A stretch of DNA of 64,000 nucleotides from a virus. Its lineage: Duplodnaviria; Caudoviricetes. Positions 1-9,047 of this stretch are shown here, piece by piece. The stretch's first letter is position 1. Every line of letters starts with the position of its first letter. Made by a program: the position numbers and the translations under genes. The DNA is taken from IMG/VR virus record IMGVR_UViG_3300035396_000186, positions 1-64,000 of that record; one strand, written 5' to 3'. The notes below the pieces were generated by a model. It worked only from the letters and a program-made list of their open reading frames with translations. It did not search any database and was not told where the DNA came from.

Positions 1-2
1 CT

Positions 3-224
3 CCAAAACCTGTAGCAACTCCTGAATATACATTACTAAATGAATTAAGTATATGTGGTAGAGTTGAAGGTAATATTGGAGATAATGGAGTTGTACGATA
101 TAGTATCAAAGTATTTGGTAAGAAAGCTGATGTTGATGAGTTAAGTAATCTAAAGATAAATATATATGATCAACGAGGCAAATCTCTAGATAAAGTTGAT
201 TGTGGAGATTATAAGGGTTTATGA
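3..224 (+). CDS. Partial (5'-truncated) hypothetical protein
   Basis: Open frame from the window edge (PKPVATPEY...DYKGL*); its TGA overlaps the ATG of the next ORF (ATGA), a coupling common in this genome. Confidence 0.55.
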   Translation, partial: PKPVATPEYTLLNELSICGRVEGNIGDNGVVRYSIKVFGKKADVDELSNLKINIYDQRGKSLDKVDCGDYKGL

Positions 225-433
225 AAAAGATTGTAGGATTTAGAAGTATTAGTGATAGTTGTATTAATTGTAAATATTGTCAATTACAACGAAGTGAAGA
301 TTGTTATGGACATTTAACAAAGATATTCTTCAATTGTGAGTTGGATATTAATAATGAGTATATGATATCAGATTCAACCGTATGTGAATCTTTTACAGAC
401 AACTCAATAGAAGATGACGATATTAAACATTGA
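221..433 (+). CDS. Small Cys-rich hypothetical protein
   Basis: 70 aa, CxxCxxC (SCINCKYC) plus distal Cys; ATGA coupling. Confidence 0.6.
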   Translation: MKKIVGFRSISDSCINCKYCQLQRSEDCYGHLTKIFFNCELDINNEYMISDSTVCESFTDNSIEDDDIKH

Positions 434-478
434 TTAAAATTATACTATATGGTATTATACTAAAGAGGAGAAAATAAC

Positions 479-823
479 ATGGATAATGAAAAAGATGACT
501 TATCGTTAGAATCGACACTAGCAATGGCACAAAGCTCTTACCTATCGAATGTAGGGGTTTATAGTGCCCTAATAGGTAAACTATCATCTAGGGCTAAATC
601 TAGAGTCCTACAGATGATGGTACAGTATCCTTTTAATGACAAAGAATATAAGTCAACAAGTGCTATAGAGAAATCTTGTTTAGCCTTTGGACTTAAAGCA
701 TTAGAGGCTAAGTTCTTAATGGAGATGAACGGGTATTTATCTGCTGCAGGAAAAGCCTTGACAGATGAAACTGAAATGAAGTATAATGATAAAATAGAAG
801 AGATTAATGGAGAGAGTAAATGA
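479..823 (+). CDS. Hypothetical protein
   Basis: 114-aa ORF with GAGGAG SD upstream. Confidence 0.7.
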   Translation: MDNEKDDLSLESTLAMAQSSYLSNVGVYSALIGKLSSRAKSRVLQMMVQYPFNDKEYKSTSAIEKSCLAFGLKALEAKFLMEMNGYLSAAGKALTDETEMKYNDKIEEINGESK

Positions 824-1194
824 ATAAAGAGTTTAGTTTATCAGATATAAAGGAAATCAAGAGAATCATTAAGGATTTCTGGAAGCAAATGAAGAAGACT
901 GGAACATATAAAGTTGATTCTAGAAAAGATCCTGATACGGGTATGAATATATGTAATGATCGAATTGTACACGGATATGGATTGCAAGGACTTAATGACT
1001 CTCTTAAAAAAGAGTATAGAAATTACTATAAAGCTCTTCATTCAAAGAAGTTTGATTGTTTTATATTACCGACAAAAGTTCAATTTTATCGTTTTGTATT
1101 ACAACAAATGATGCCAGATAGATTTTCGAATCAATTATGGTCCGATATAAAAGATTATTATTGGAATAAAGCTGAAAAGGGAGAAATTAAATGA
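820..1194 (+). CDS. Hypothetical protein
   Basis: 124-aa ORF, GGAGAG SD, ATGA overlaps at both ends. Confidence 0.7.
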   Translation: MNKEFSLSDIKEIKRIIKDFWKQMKKTGTYKVDSRKDPDTGMNICNDRIVHGYGLQGLNDSLKKEYRNYYKALHSKKFDCFILPTKVQFYRFVLQQMMPDRFSNQLWSDIKDYYWNKAEKGEIK

Positions 1195-1460
1195 GTAAGT
1201 ATAAAAGATTTGTAGTGGGTTCAGTATGTAAAGCTAAAGATGCAGGTAAACCTGATTATATTAAAATGGGTGCAGATATCAATTTGAAGAAAGGTGATAT
1301 TCTAAATCTAGAATCAGCTAAGGCTCAACTAGAATCATTAGAAGCATCTATGGCTAATGGTAAACTAAGTGCAGAACTTGGTGCTAAGATTAAAGAACGA
1401 TTGGAGAAGATACCTTCGTTTGTTAGATTTCAAATAGTTAAGATATCAAAAGAAGATTAG
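1191..1460 (+). CDS. Hypothetical protein upstream of the primase-helicase
   Basis: 89-aa ORF, GGGAG SD, followed by a terminator. Confidence 0.75.
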   Translation: MSKYKRFVVGSVCKAKDAGKPDYIKMGADINLKKGDILNLESAKAQLESLEASMANGKLSAELGAKIKERLEKIPSFVRFQIVKISKED

Positions 1461-1506
1461 TCCTTCATAAGCTAATCTTTGGTCCTGTCCTCTCATAAAT
1501 AAGATT

Positions 1507-1536
1507 GGGGTTGTTTTCACAGCAACCCCTTTTTTT
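1507..1536 (+). terminator. Rho-independent terminator
   Basis: GGGGTTG...CAACCCC stem followed by T7. Confidence 0.8.
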
Positions 1537-1563
1537 ATTGTATGATATATTTAATTTTTTCAA

Positions 1564-1592
1564 TTGACATGGATGTTGTAGTATGTTACTTT
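1564..1592 (+). promoter_or_regulatory. Sigma70-type promoter for the primase-helicase
   Basis: TTGACA-17-TACTTT with extended TG. Confidence 0.7.
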
Positions 1593-1613
1593 TAATGTAA
1601 GTGGAGGAGAAAC

Positions 1614-3587
1614 ATGTCATTATATAATTTTAAGAAAGGGTTAGCATCAAAACCTATGTTGGTTCATGTTGATGAGATATCTAACTTAATGGATGATCCT
1701 GATAAAGATTACTATCAAAGTATATTCAAATACACAGCCGAACATCAAAAGATCTTAATCGAGAAAGGTTCACTTGCCGGAATTAAAGATGTTAAGACTG
1801 ATATACTATACTTCGACTTTGATAACAAAGAAGATATAGAACAAGCAAGAAAAGACGCTATTGAAGTTGTATACAGATTAATTGAAGCTACAGCAGTAGA
1901 GGATTCAATTGAGGTATTCTTTAGTGGAGCTAAAGGATTTGGAGTTATGATACATCTCAATGAAGAATTAACTCCTGATCAGTTTAAGGAAGCTATTAAT
2001 TACTTCGCTAAAGACTTAAAGACATTCGATCCTGTAGTATGTGATCCACAAAGAGTTATTCGATATGTTAATAGTAAACATAACAAAAGTGGATTATTTA
2101 AGATACCACTTGAACTATCCGAATTAGATGAGATGAATGTTGATGAGATTAAAGAGTTGGCTAAGAAACCTAGATATAACACTATACCTAAAACACAAAT
2201 CAGTATATATAGTGATATGATACTTCCCGAAAAAAAGAAAGAAAAAGTTAAAGCTGAGAAACCTAAAGCTCAAGTTGATGAATGGGGAGAAGTAGTAGAC
2301 TCTGAATATTCAATGGATATTAAAACTTGTGACTTAAAGATTAAGCCTAATAATTTTGATGATGCTAGATGGTTATTAAACAATGGGTTCTTCTCAGAAG
2401 GAGAAAGATCTACAGCATTATTATGTCTAGCTAGTTTCTATAAAAGTATTGGATATGCAAAAGAACAGACATATCGATTATTAAAAGGTACTGCTGAACT
2501 ACAATCTAAACGTAGTGGACAAGATAGGTTTCCAGATGTAGAGCTTTGGAATAATGTTGTATCTCAAGTATATGGACCGAATTGGAAGGGTGGTATATTT
2601 AGTTATAAAGATCCTAATTCATGGTTATACAAGTATGCAACTAAACATGGTATCAATGTAAATCAAGTAACTTCCGTTATGAAGTTTGAGGATATAGAAG
2701 CACAATTTAGAGACTTTGTAATTAATATAGATAAGAATACTGTGAAGACCGGGATACGCCAATTAGATGAAGCTATGCCTTTGACAGTAGGAATGGCGTG
2801 TGGACTCGTAGGAGCTGCTTCTAGTGGTAAGACGAGCGTTGCATTAGACATACTAGCTAATACTTCTAAGATGAACGTAACGAGCGTTTTTGCATCTCTA
2901 GACATGTATCGTACAAGAATCTTTGAAAAGTTGACATATAGAGTTACTGGAGGTAAATCTCGTAAAGAAATATATGAAGCTTTCCAACAAGGTAAACATG
3001 CTGAGATTACTCAGAAGATCAAGGATCAATTTGGGAATGTATTCTTTTACGATAGAAGTTCTCCTACAGTTCAGAATATAAAGGATTATGTAATTGATGT
3101 ACAACAAAAAACTGGTGAGAAAGTTAAGCTAGTGATGATCGATTACTTTGAACGAGTTAGTTCTGAAATGTCAGATGATACTGCGGCAAGTAAGCAAGTA
3201 GCAGGAGAGATACAGGATTTAGTAAACGACCTTAACGTTTGCGTAGTAGTATTGTTTCAACCAAATAAACAAGCTTTATCTGGCGGACCGGAAATGCCTA
3301 TACTTAACTATGCATCGATTAAAGGTTCATCATTCGTGTTTCAATCACTTAGAACTATCTTTAGTATATGGAGACCATTCTTTACACCGTTAACTAAAGA
3401 GAAGGATCATTATCTAAGTCTTGGTATTTTGAAGAATGACTTAGGAGTATTAGATACTTTCGACTTTGGGTGGGAAGGTAAGACTGGTAGAATATATGAA
3501 CTAGAGGATTTCCAACGAGAAGAGTTAAAGGAATTGCTAGATCAGAGAGATAAGAAGAAAAAGGAAAAAGATGATGAGTGGAAGTAG
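1614..3587 (+). CDS. Bifunctional primase (AEP/PrimPol-like) - SF4 (DnaB-like) helicase
   Basis: N-terminal YFDFD and FFSGAKGF motifs; C-terminal Walker A GAASSGKTS and Walker B LVMIDY; 657 aa. Confidence 0.85.
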   Translation: MSLYNFKKGLASKPMLVHVDEISNLMDDPDKDYYQSIFKYTAEHQKILIEKGSLAGIKDVKTDILYFDFDNKEDIEQARKDAIEVVYRLIEATAVEDSIEVFFSGAKGFGVMIHLNEELTPDQFKEAINYFAKDLKTFDPVVCDPQRVIRYVNSKHNKSGLFKIPLELSELDEMNVDEIKELAKKPRYNTIPKTQISIYSDMILPEKKKEKVKAEKPKAQVDEWGEVVDSEYSMDIKTCDLKIKPNNFDDARWLLNNGFFSEGERSTALLCLASFYKSIGYAKEQTYRLLKGTAELQSKRSGQDRFPDVELWNNVVSQVYGPNWKGGIFSYKDPNSWLYKYATKHGINVNQVTSVMKFEDIEAQFRDFVINIDKNTVKTGIRQLDEAMPLTVGMACGLVGAASSGKTSVALDILANTSKMNVTSVFASLDMYRTRIFEKLTYRVTGGKSRKEIYEAFQQGKHAEITQKIKDQFGNVFFYDRSSPTVQNIKDYVIDVQQKTGEKVKLVMIDYFERVSSEMSDDTAASKQVAGEIQDLVNDLNVCVVVLFQPNKQALSGGPEMPILNYASIKGSSFVFQSLRTIFSIWRPFFTPLTKEKDHYLSLGILKNDLGVLDTFDFGWEGKTGRIYELEDFQREELKELLDQRDKKKKEKDDEWK

Positions 3588-3589
3588 AA

Positions 3590-3618
3590 TTGACATTAAA
3601 CAATAATACTGGTATAAT
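3590..3618 (+). promoter_or_regulatory. Consensus sigma70 promoter
   Basis: Exact TTGACA-17 nt-TATAAT. Confidence 0.85.
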
Positions 3619-3623
3619 ATGCT

Positions 3624-3833
3624 ATGAGTTTTGAATACTTTTTTCTAGATAGAGATATAGATGTCATATGGATTATAATATGTATGTTAGCATATGCTAT
3701 ATCGTACAAAGCTTTAGATGTAAGGGAATCACATAAGGATTGGTACGTTCCTTGTTTGATTGCTGGGACTGGTATAATAGGGTTATGTATATCAATAGTA
3801 TTGTATATATTTAAATTAGTTGCGAAGGAGTAG
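3624..3833 (+). CDS. Small membrane protein
   Basis: 69 aa with two hydrophobic segments, directly after the promoter. Confidence 0.6.
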   Translation: MSFEYFFLDRDIDVIWIIICMLAYAISYKALDVRESHKDWYVPCLIAGTGIIGLCISIVLYIFKLVAKE

Positions 3834-3836
3834 TAA

Positions 3837-4169
3837 ATGTGTGATAATGTCAAACTTATAAAAGATAGCGATCGACCGTCTATTTCATTAGATAATAGTG
3901 AACCTTGTACTATTATATTCAAATGTGAAAGCGTTGATGATGCTAGAGTATATGCTAATGCTTTTAGATATAAAGATGCATTTGAAGAAGTGTGGATGAA
4001 GCTATTCAGACCGAGACTGAAACATGGGTATAACAGTAAGAAGATCAACGACTTACTAGAAAGAAATGGATCTGAAGATAAAGATGGCGATTTCTCAAGT
4101 CCATGTCACGAGTTGATGGATGAGTTAGAGAAACTATATCACGAGATTAGAGAGGATATCCAAGAATAA
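3837..4169 (+). CDS. Hypothetical protein
   Basis: 110 aa, AAGGAG SD. Confidence 0.7.
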   Translation: MCDNVKLIKDSDRPSISLDNSEPCTIIFKCESVDDARVYANAFRYKDAFEEVWMKLFRPRLKHGYNSKKINDLLERNGSEDKDGDFSSPCHELMDELEKLYHEIREDIQE

Positions 4170-4190
4170 CTACAAACAAAGGGGAAAAAA

Positions 4191-4502
4191 ATGAAAGACT
4201 TAATCGGTTTGTATTATCCTATTAGAAATGATAAAAATCTAATAGTAGGGAAAAAGTTAATTCGGGATGTAGCTTTATACAAAAATACAAAAGGTAAAAC
4301 TTTAGGTTTATGTCTTAAATTCGATGAACATTCAGAGTGGAAGGACGTATTTCAAGGAATGGAACTATACGATTATCAAGGAGAAGCAGTTCAAACATCA
4401 TTTAATTGCGTTCATCTTCTCGAAACGATACAAGATTTGCTTCGAGACTATCCAGAAGTTAAACGAAAAGGTAAGAGAAGCATATTCGTTAAAAAATCTT
4501 GA
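4191..4502 (+). CDS. Hypothetical protein
   Basis: 103 aa, GGGG SD. Confidence 0.65.
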   Translation: MKDLIGLYYPIRNDKNLIVGKKLIRDVALYKNTKGKTLGLCLKFDEHSEWKDVFQGMELYDYQGEAVQTSFNCVHLLETIQDLLRDYPEVKRKGKRSIFVKKS

Positions 4503-4546
4503 TAATACTGAATAATATGTTATACTATACTCTAGCGAGGTAGTAT

Positions 4547-4676
4547 ATGAGATTATGGTCAGTACATCCTAAACATCTAGATTCAAAAGGTTTAGTCGCT
4601 TTATGGCGATGAATATTTACCTAATCCATTATTTTCTCTTGTAGATGGAGATATTGAATCCTGGGAGATATTATAA
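4547..4676 (+). pseudogene. Internally deleted pyrimidine-dimer DNA glycosylase (endonuclease V family) remnant
   Basis: After a GAGG SD: MRLWSVHPKHLDSKGLVALWR* (family-typical N-terminus); in the +1 frame EYLPNPLFSLVDGDIESWEIL* resembles the family C-terminus; the middle is missing. Confidence 0.75.
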
Positions 4677-4714
4677 TAGTAGATCTTTAATAATTTTTAG
4701 AGTAGAATATAGTT

Positions 4715-6256
4715 ATGTATAGTAATGCTTTAATATACGGTAAAAATCCTTTAGAACGTATTGTCTCGCTTGAAGTTGTAGATGATCAATTAGAAGTCTT
4801 TCAACAACAAGATGATGGTTCTATCCATTCAATATTCTTTCCTAATAGATTCTGGCTGTTATCGCCTAAATGGTTTGGAGACGGTTCAGTTAAACTACAA
4901 GGTAATCAACATTACTGTTACGGTAAACAATATAAAGAACGTAAAGAATTTATGTCAGAACGTGGTAGGATGTCTAAATCAGATGTCTTTAGTATATTCA
5001 ATCCTAAAGAAGCTATAATGGTAAAAGATGGATATACTTACTTCAAAGGACTTAAACCTAATGAAGTATCAATACTATCATTCGATATTGAAACTACTGG
5101 ACTTAAGATGAATGATACATCTAAAGTATTACTTATATCAAATACATTTAGAGATAGCAAAGGTAAAGTAACTCGTAAACTATTTTCATATGAGAACTAT
5201 GCTTGTTGTGGTGAGATGATACTGGATTGGAGTAACTGGGTGCAAACTGTAGATCCTAGCATTTTATGCACACACAATGGTATGTGTTACGATTTACCGT
5301 ATATGCATTATTGTGCAGGTAAGACTGGACATAACTTAGAGATAGGTAGAGATGGATCTAATATTCAATTTGAAGAGTTCGAACGTAAATATCGAGTAGA
5401 TGGTTCTAGGGAGCTTAGTTATAAACGAGCTAGTATATATGGAAGAGAAATAGTAGATACAATGTTCCTAGCTTATAAGTATGATGCAGCTAGTAAGAAG
5501 TATGAATCATATGGATTAAAGAATATCATTAAGCAAGAGGGATTAGAGAAGAAGGATAGACAGTTTTACGATGCTGGCAAAATCAAAGATAATTATCGAG
5601 ATTCTGCTGAGTGGGAGAAGATTAAGAAATATGCAATTGAAGATTCTGATGATGCGTTGATGTTATACGATTTAATGATACCAGCATTCTTTTATATGAC
5701 ACAATCTATCCCTAAGAGTTTTCAGATAATGATTGAAAGTGCAACTGGAGCACAGTTAAATAGTCTATTAGTACGTTCTTATTTACAAGAAAAGTATAGT
5801 ATTCCTAAAGCTGATGATGTAATTCAATATGAAGGTGCGATAAGTTTTGGGATTCCTGGGATATATAGAAATGTCCTTAAGGTCGATGCAGTTTCAGAGT
5901 ATCCAAGTTGTATGATACAGTACGAAGTTTATGATAAGAAAAAGGATCCTAAGAAAAATTTTTTTAAAATGGTTGAAACATTTACATCTCAAAGAATTGC
6001 ACATAAGAAGTTAGCTAAAGATACTGGAGATAAATATTATAAAGATATGGAACAAGCAGAAAAAATCGCAATTAATTCTGCATATGGTCTACTAGGCGCT
6101 CCAGGACTTAATTTCAATAGTCCTCAGAATGCAGCACTAGTTACTAAACTAGGAAGAGAATGCATCATGAAGTCTATAGAATGGGCATCTGGAAAATCTT
6201 CACAGTATTGGATTGATAAATGTAAAGGAGAAAATGAAGATGAGTCGTCAGAGTGA
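4715..6256 (+). CDS. polB: Family B DNA polymerase, N-terminal part (3'-5' exonuclease plus pol motifs A and B)
   Basis: ExoI SFDIETTG, ExoII HNGMCYDLPY, ExoIII YAIEDSD, motif A DAVSEYPS, motif B KIAINSAYG; no DTD motif in this ORF. Confidence 0.9.
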   Translation: MYSNALIYGKNPLERIVSLEVVDDQLEVFQQQDDGSIHSIFFPNRFWLLSPKWFGDGSVKLQGNQHYCYGKQYKERKEFMSERGRMSKSDVFSIFNPKEAIMVKDGYTYFKGLKPNEVSILSFDIETTGLKMNDTSKVLLISNTFRDSKGKVTRKLFSYENYACCGEMILDWSNWVQTVDPSILCTHNGMCYDLPYMHYCAGKTGHNLEIGRDGSNIQFEEFERKYRVDGSRELSYKRASIYGREIVDTMFLAYKYDAASKKYESYGLKNIIKQEGLEKKDRQFYDAGKIKDNYRDSAEWEKIKKYAIEDSDDALMLYDLMIPAFFYMTQSIPKSFQIMIESATGAQLNSLLVRSYLQEKYSIPKADDVIQYEGAISFGIPGIYRNVLKVDAVSEYPSCMIQYEVYDKKKDPKKNFFKMVETFTSQRIAHKKLAKDTGDKYYKDMEQAEKIAINSAYGLLGAPGLNFNSPQNAALVTKLGRECIMKSIEWASGKSSQYWIDKCKGENEDESSE

Positions 6257-6809
6257 AGCGAATAGAAGAAAAGATACTTGTATTGAATGTGGTAGGTTCA
6301 TGCCTATTAAAGCTAAGAATATGTGTCAAAACTGTTGGCATAAACATAAAAGACGCTATGATTTAAATTTCTTTCTACGAACAAGATATGTAGAATTAAA
6401 AAACCGATGTTCTAATCCGAATGAACCGAAGAATAATTATCTAGGAATGAAATATTGTTCGTTAATGGAATTCTATTCTTTTTTTATAAATGATAATAAA
6501 CTCAAGAAACTATTTAAGAATTGGCAGAAATCGAATTTTGATTTTAAACTAGCACCTTCTATTGATAGGATAGACCCTAAAAAAGGGTATATACTCGGTA
6601 ATATGCAATTTATTACACATTCTGAAAATTGTACTAAAGATCAAATAATGACGAAAATAAGAATGTTCTCTAAGGATAGGATATATATTCGTGATTTTAT
6701 CTCACAAGGAGAAGCTGAACGACAATTAGGAATACCTCAAGCTAATATTTGGAAAGTTTTAAATAAGGAAAGAAATAGTGCAGGAGGATATTACTTTGAA
6801 TACGCATAA
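6240..6809 (+). mobile_element. Free-standing HNH-family homing endonuclease with C-terminal NUMOD1-like domain, inside the polymerase locus
   Basis: N-terminal CxxC...CxxC; KNRCSNP...SIDRIDPKKGY..GN.QF.T..EN HNH-like core; C-terminal EAERQLGI..NI..VL...SAGGY; start at 6240 chosen from GGAG SD at 6227-6230. Confidence 0.8.
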
Positions 6810-7476
6810 TTTTATTATTACTAATTGTGACACAGATAGTATTAGCTTTTGTAAACAAGATCAAACTAAATTTTCTTCTGATGAAATTAGTAAATTAATT
6901 GATGATCTAAATAGTAATTTCCCAGAAAAGATTCGATTTGCAAATGACGGTTACTTCCCAGTATTCGTAGTATTGAAAGCTAAGAACTATATCATGTGGG
7001 ATGGAACTAAACTTAAGTTCAAAGGTTCTGCTCTTAAAGATGCTAAGAAAGAACCTGCGCTTAAAGAATTTCAAAAGGCAGTTATCGATAGTATCATTTT
7101 CGAGAAGAATGATTATACTGAGATCTATAATAAATATATACGAGAAGCTATGAACATCACAGACATTAAACGTTGGGCTTCTAAGAAGACGATATCTAAA
7201 ACTGCAATGGAATCTACTCGCAGTAACGAGACCAGAATCATGGACGCTTTAGTAGGTAAAGACTTTAGTGAAGGCGATAAAGTATATATGTTCTTTCGTG
7301 AGAAAGAGAAGTTAGCTTTAGTTGAAGATTTTGATGGAACATATGATAAGGATAAAGTATTAGAGAAGTTATACAAAACAGTACAAGTATTTAAATCAGT
7401 TATAGATATTGAGAAGTATTTTCCTAATTATAAACTTAGGAAGAATAAACCTTTATTAAATAAGATCATAGACTAA
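6796..7476 (+). CDS. polB: Family B DNA polymerase, C-terminal part (motif C and thumb)
   Basis: NCDTDSISF motif C, KAKNYI, LKFKGS thumb motifs; likely TTG start at 6796 with AGGAGG SD at 6782-6787. Confidence 0.88.
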   Translation: MNTHNFIITNCDTDSISFCKQDQTKFSSDEISKLIDDLNSNFPEKIRFANDGYFPVFVVLKAKNYIMWDGTKLKFKGSALKDAKKEPALKEFQKAVIDSIIFEKNDYTEIYNKYIREAMNITDIKRWASKKTISKTAMESTRSNETRIMDALVGKDFSEGDKVYMFFREKEKLALVEDFDGTYDKDKVLEKLYKTVQVFKSVIDIEKYFPNYKLRKNKPLLNKIID

Positions 7477-7483
7477 GTTTTGT

Positions 7484-7512
7484 TAGACAAATCTATAGTT
7501 TTATGTTATCAT
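7484..7512 (+). promoter_or_regulatory. Sigma70-type promoter
   Basis: TAGACA-17-TATCAT with extended TG. Confidence 0.55.
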
Positions 7513-7529
7513 ATATCAGAGGTGTTTAT

Positions 7530-7679
7530 ATGGATTATAAAAATACAGTTTCCGAATTCTTCAAACGATATCGTAAAGAGTTTCGTACTTATAAACGTGA
7601 AGTTATAGGTAAGCTCATCCCGAAGGGTCTTCGTCTTACAAAAAGAATAAATTTTAGTAAGAAAAGGACAATTAAATGA
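7530..7679 (+). pseudogene. Frameshifted small basic protein (or sequencing error)
   Basis: ATG with GAGG SD; one extra A in the A4 run at 7539-7542 would give MDYKNTVSEFFKRYRKEF...KRTIK*, whose TGA overlaps the next ATG. Confidence 0.45.
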
Positions 7680-7861
7680 ACGGACTAAAAACTATTTTAG
7701 TTGAATATTTTAACAAACAACCGTATGTTAGTCTTTCTGAAGTTCAGAGGGTTATTCGAGAATATGATAAAGAAATAGAAAGATTGAAAGTTGCTAATGA
7801 TACATATAATGAATTAGAGATGTATGATTGGGATATGCATAATGGAGATGAATATGAATAA
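7676..7861 (+). CDS. Hypothetical protein
   Basis: 61 aa, AGGA SD. Confidence 0.6.
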   Translation: MNGLKTILVEYFNKQPYVSLSEVQRVIREYDKEIERLKVANDTYNELEMYDWDMHNGDEYE

Positions 7862-8060
7862 TTTTTATAAACTAGTTCAAGAATATGAAGATTTAGTCAA
7901 ACGAGTAGCTAGAAGAACTGGTGTAATAGTTGAACCGACTCGTTATTCATTTTTCTTAGAAATGATCGAACGTAGATTAAATAAAGGACTTCCAGTAGAA
8001 GAATCTGATTTATTTACATTAGCTAATAATATAAACAAGGTAAATTTATGCGAAGAATAG
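7824..8060 (+). CDS. Hypothetical protein (true start probably ~7854)
   Basis: Tightly packed ORF with GGAG SD near the internal Met. Confidence 0.6.
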   Translation: MIGICIMEMNMNNFYKLVQEYEDLVKRVARRTGVIVEPTRYSFFLEMIERRLNKGLPVEESDLFTLANNINKVNLCEE

Positions 8061-8209
8061 ACAAACCAGTAACTCTTAAAAATCTAATAGATATTAAGTA
8101 CCAAGAACTATTGAAGAAGTTGAAAAATTAAATCATTATACTAATTTACAATTATTAAAAGCTAAAGATAATTTATGTAAATCAAGTAAGATATTTTAGA
8201 AGGTATACT

Positions 8210-8398
8210 ATGAAGAAAGAAACGGATGACTATTTAGATCCGAAAATTTGTACTAAATGTATAAATTATATGTGGATACAAGATGAATATGGATCTAATA
8301 GAAGAGCTCTAGGAAGAGAATGTGGAAATTGTTTCAAACAACAGAAACGTTTTAAAGTAACTAAGTTTAAAAGTAAATCTAGGAGGAAGGCTAAATGA
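8210..8398 (+). CDS. Small zinc-finger-like protein
   Basis: CxxC (CTKC) ... CxxC (CGNC), basic tail. Confidence 0.65.
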   Translation: MKKETDDYLDPKICTKCINYMWIQDEYGSNRRALGRECGNCFKQQKRFKVTKFKSKSRRKAK

Positions 8399-8862
8399 GA
8401 TTAGTATCGTTCATTCTTAGTTTGTTTATACTATCTAGTTCAGCTTTTTCATATGACTTTAATATTCATCAAAAGTTATTTAATATGATTACTGGTTATG
8501 AGACTACTATGCCAATCAAGGTAGTCATGTCTAGACCCTTTCAAAACTGGTCAGCTCTATGTTATAAAAAACGAGAAGTGTATATTACTGAAGAACTTAT
8601 GAGAATCGTACAGAAGTCATATCCCACAGTTAACTGGATAGTATTACATGAACTAGGTCATTGCGAGTTAGGACGTAAACATGAATCGGCTATGATAGAG
8701 TATAATCAAATATTTATACCAGTATCTATCATGCATCCTAGTTTATTATTACCAGATGATATCTACATGACATTACATGAATACTATTGGTGTGAGTACA
8801 ATAGAGGATTATTTTGCTTGAAATATCTTCCAGGATATGTTAGAGTAGGAAGAATACCATAG
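8395..8862 (+). CDS. Secreted metzincin-like zinc metalloprotease
   Basis: Signal peptide, HELGHCELGRKH zinc motif and SIMHP Met-turn. Confidence 0.75.
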   Translation: MRLVSFILSLFILSSSAFSYDFNIHQKLFNMITGYETTMPIKVVMSRPFQNWSALCYKKREVYITEELMRIVQKSYPTVNWIVLHELGHCELGRKHESAMIEYNQIFIPVSIMHPSLLLPDDIYMTLHEYYWCEYNRGLFCLKYLPGYVRVGRIP

Positions 8863-8870
8863 GAGAAGAA

Positions 8871-9047
8871 ATGTCTAGAGAGTATAAGAATCTGAACATC
8901 ATCGAAGTAAACTATGGGTTCGGTTGGGCAAGAGAAGGAGATCCTTCGACTTATCCAATTAGCATGGTACTTGAACAAGTGGATAAAGAAGTTGGTGAAC
9001 TAAGAGAACATATAAGGATATTGGAGGAGAAACTAAATGAAAAATAA
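8871..9047 (+). CDS. Small hypothetical protein not in the ORF track (58 aa)
   Basis: AGGAG SD; MSREYKNLNIIEVNYGFGW...LEEKLNEK*. Confidence 0.6.
   Translation: MSREYKNLNIIEVNYGFGWAREGDPSTYPISMVLEQVDKEVGELREHIRILEEKLNEK

Noticed and set aside
6190-6810. Group I intron or intein in polB
   Set aside because: The endonuclease ORF fills the gap, I find no P7/J8-7 core, and stops plus frame changes exclude an intein; the downstream half has its own SD and start
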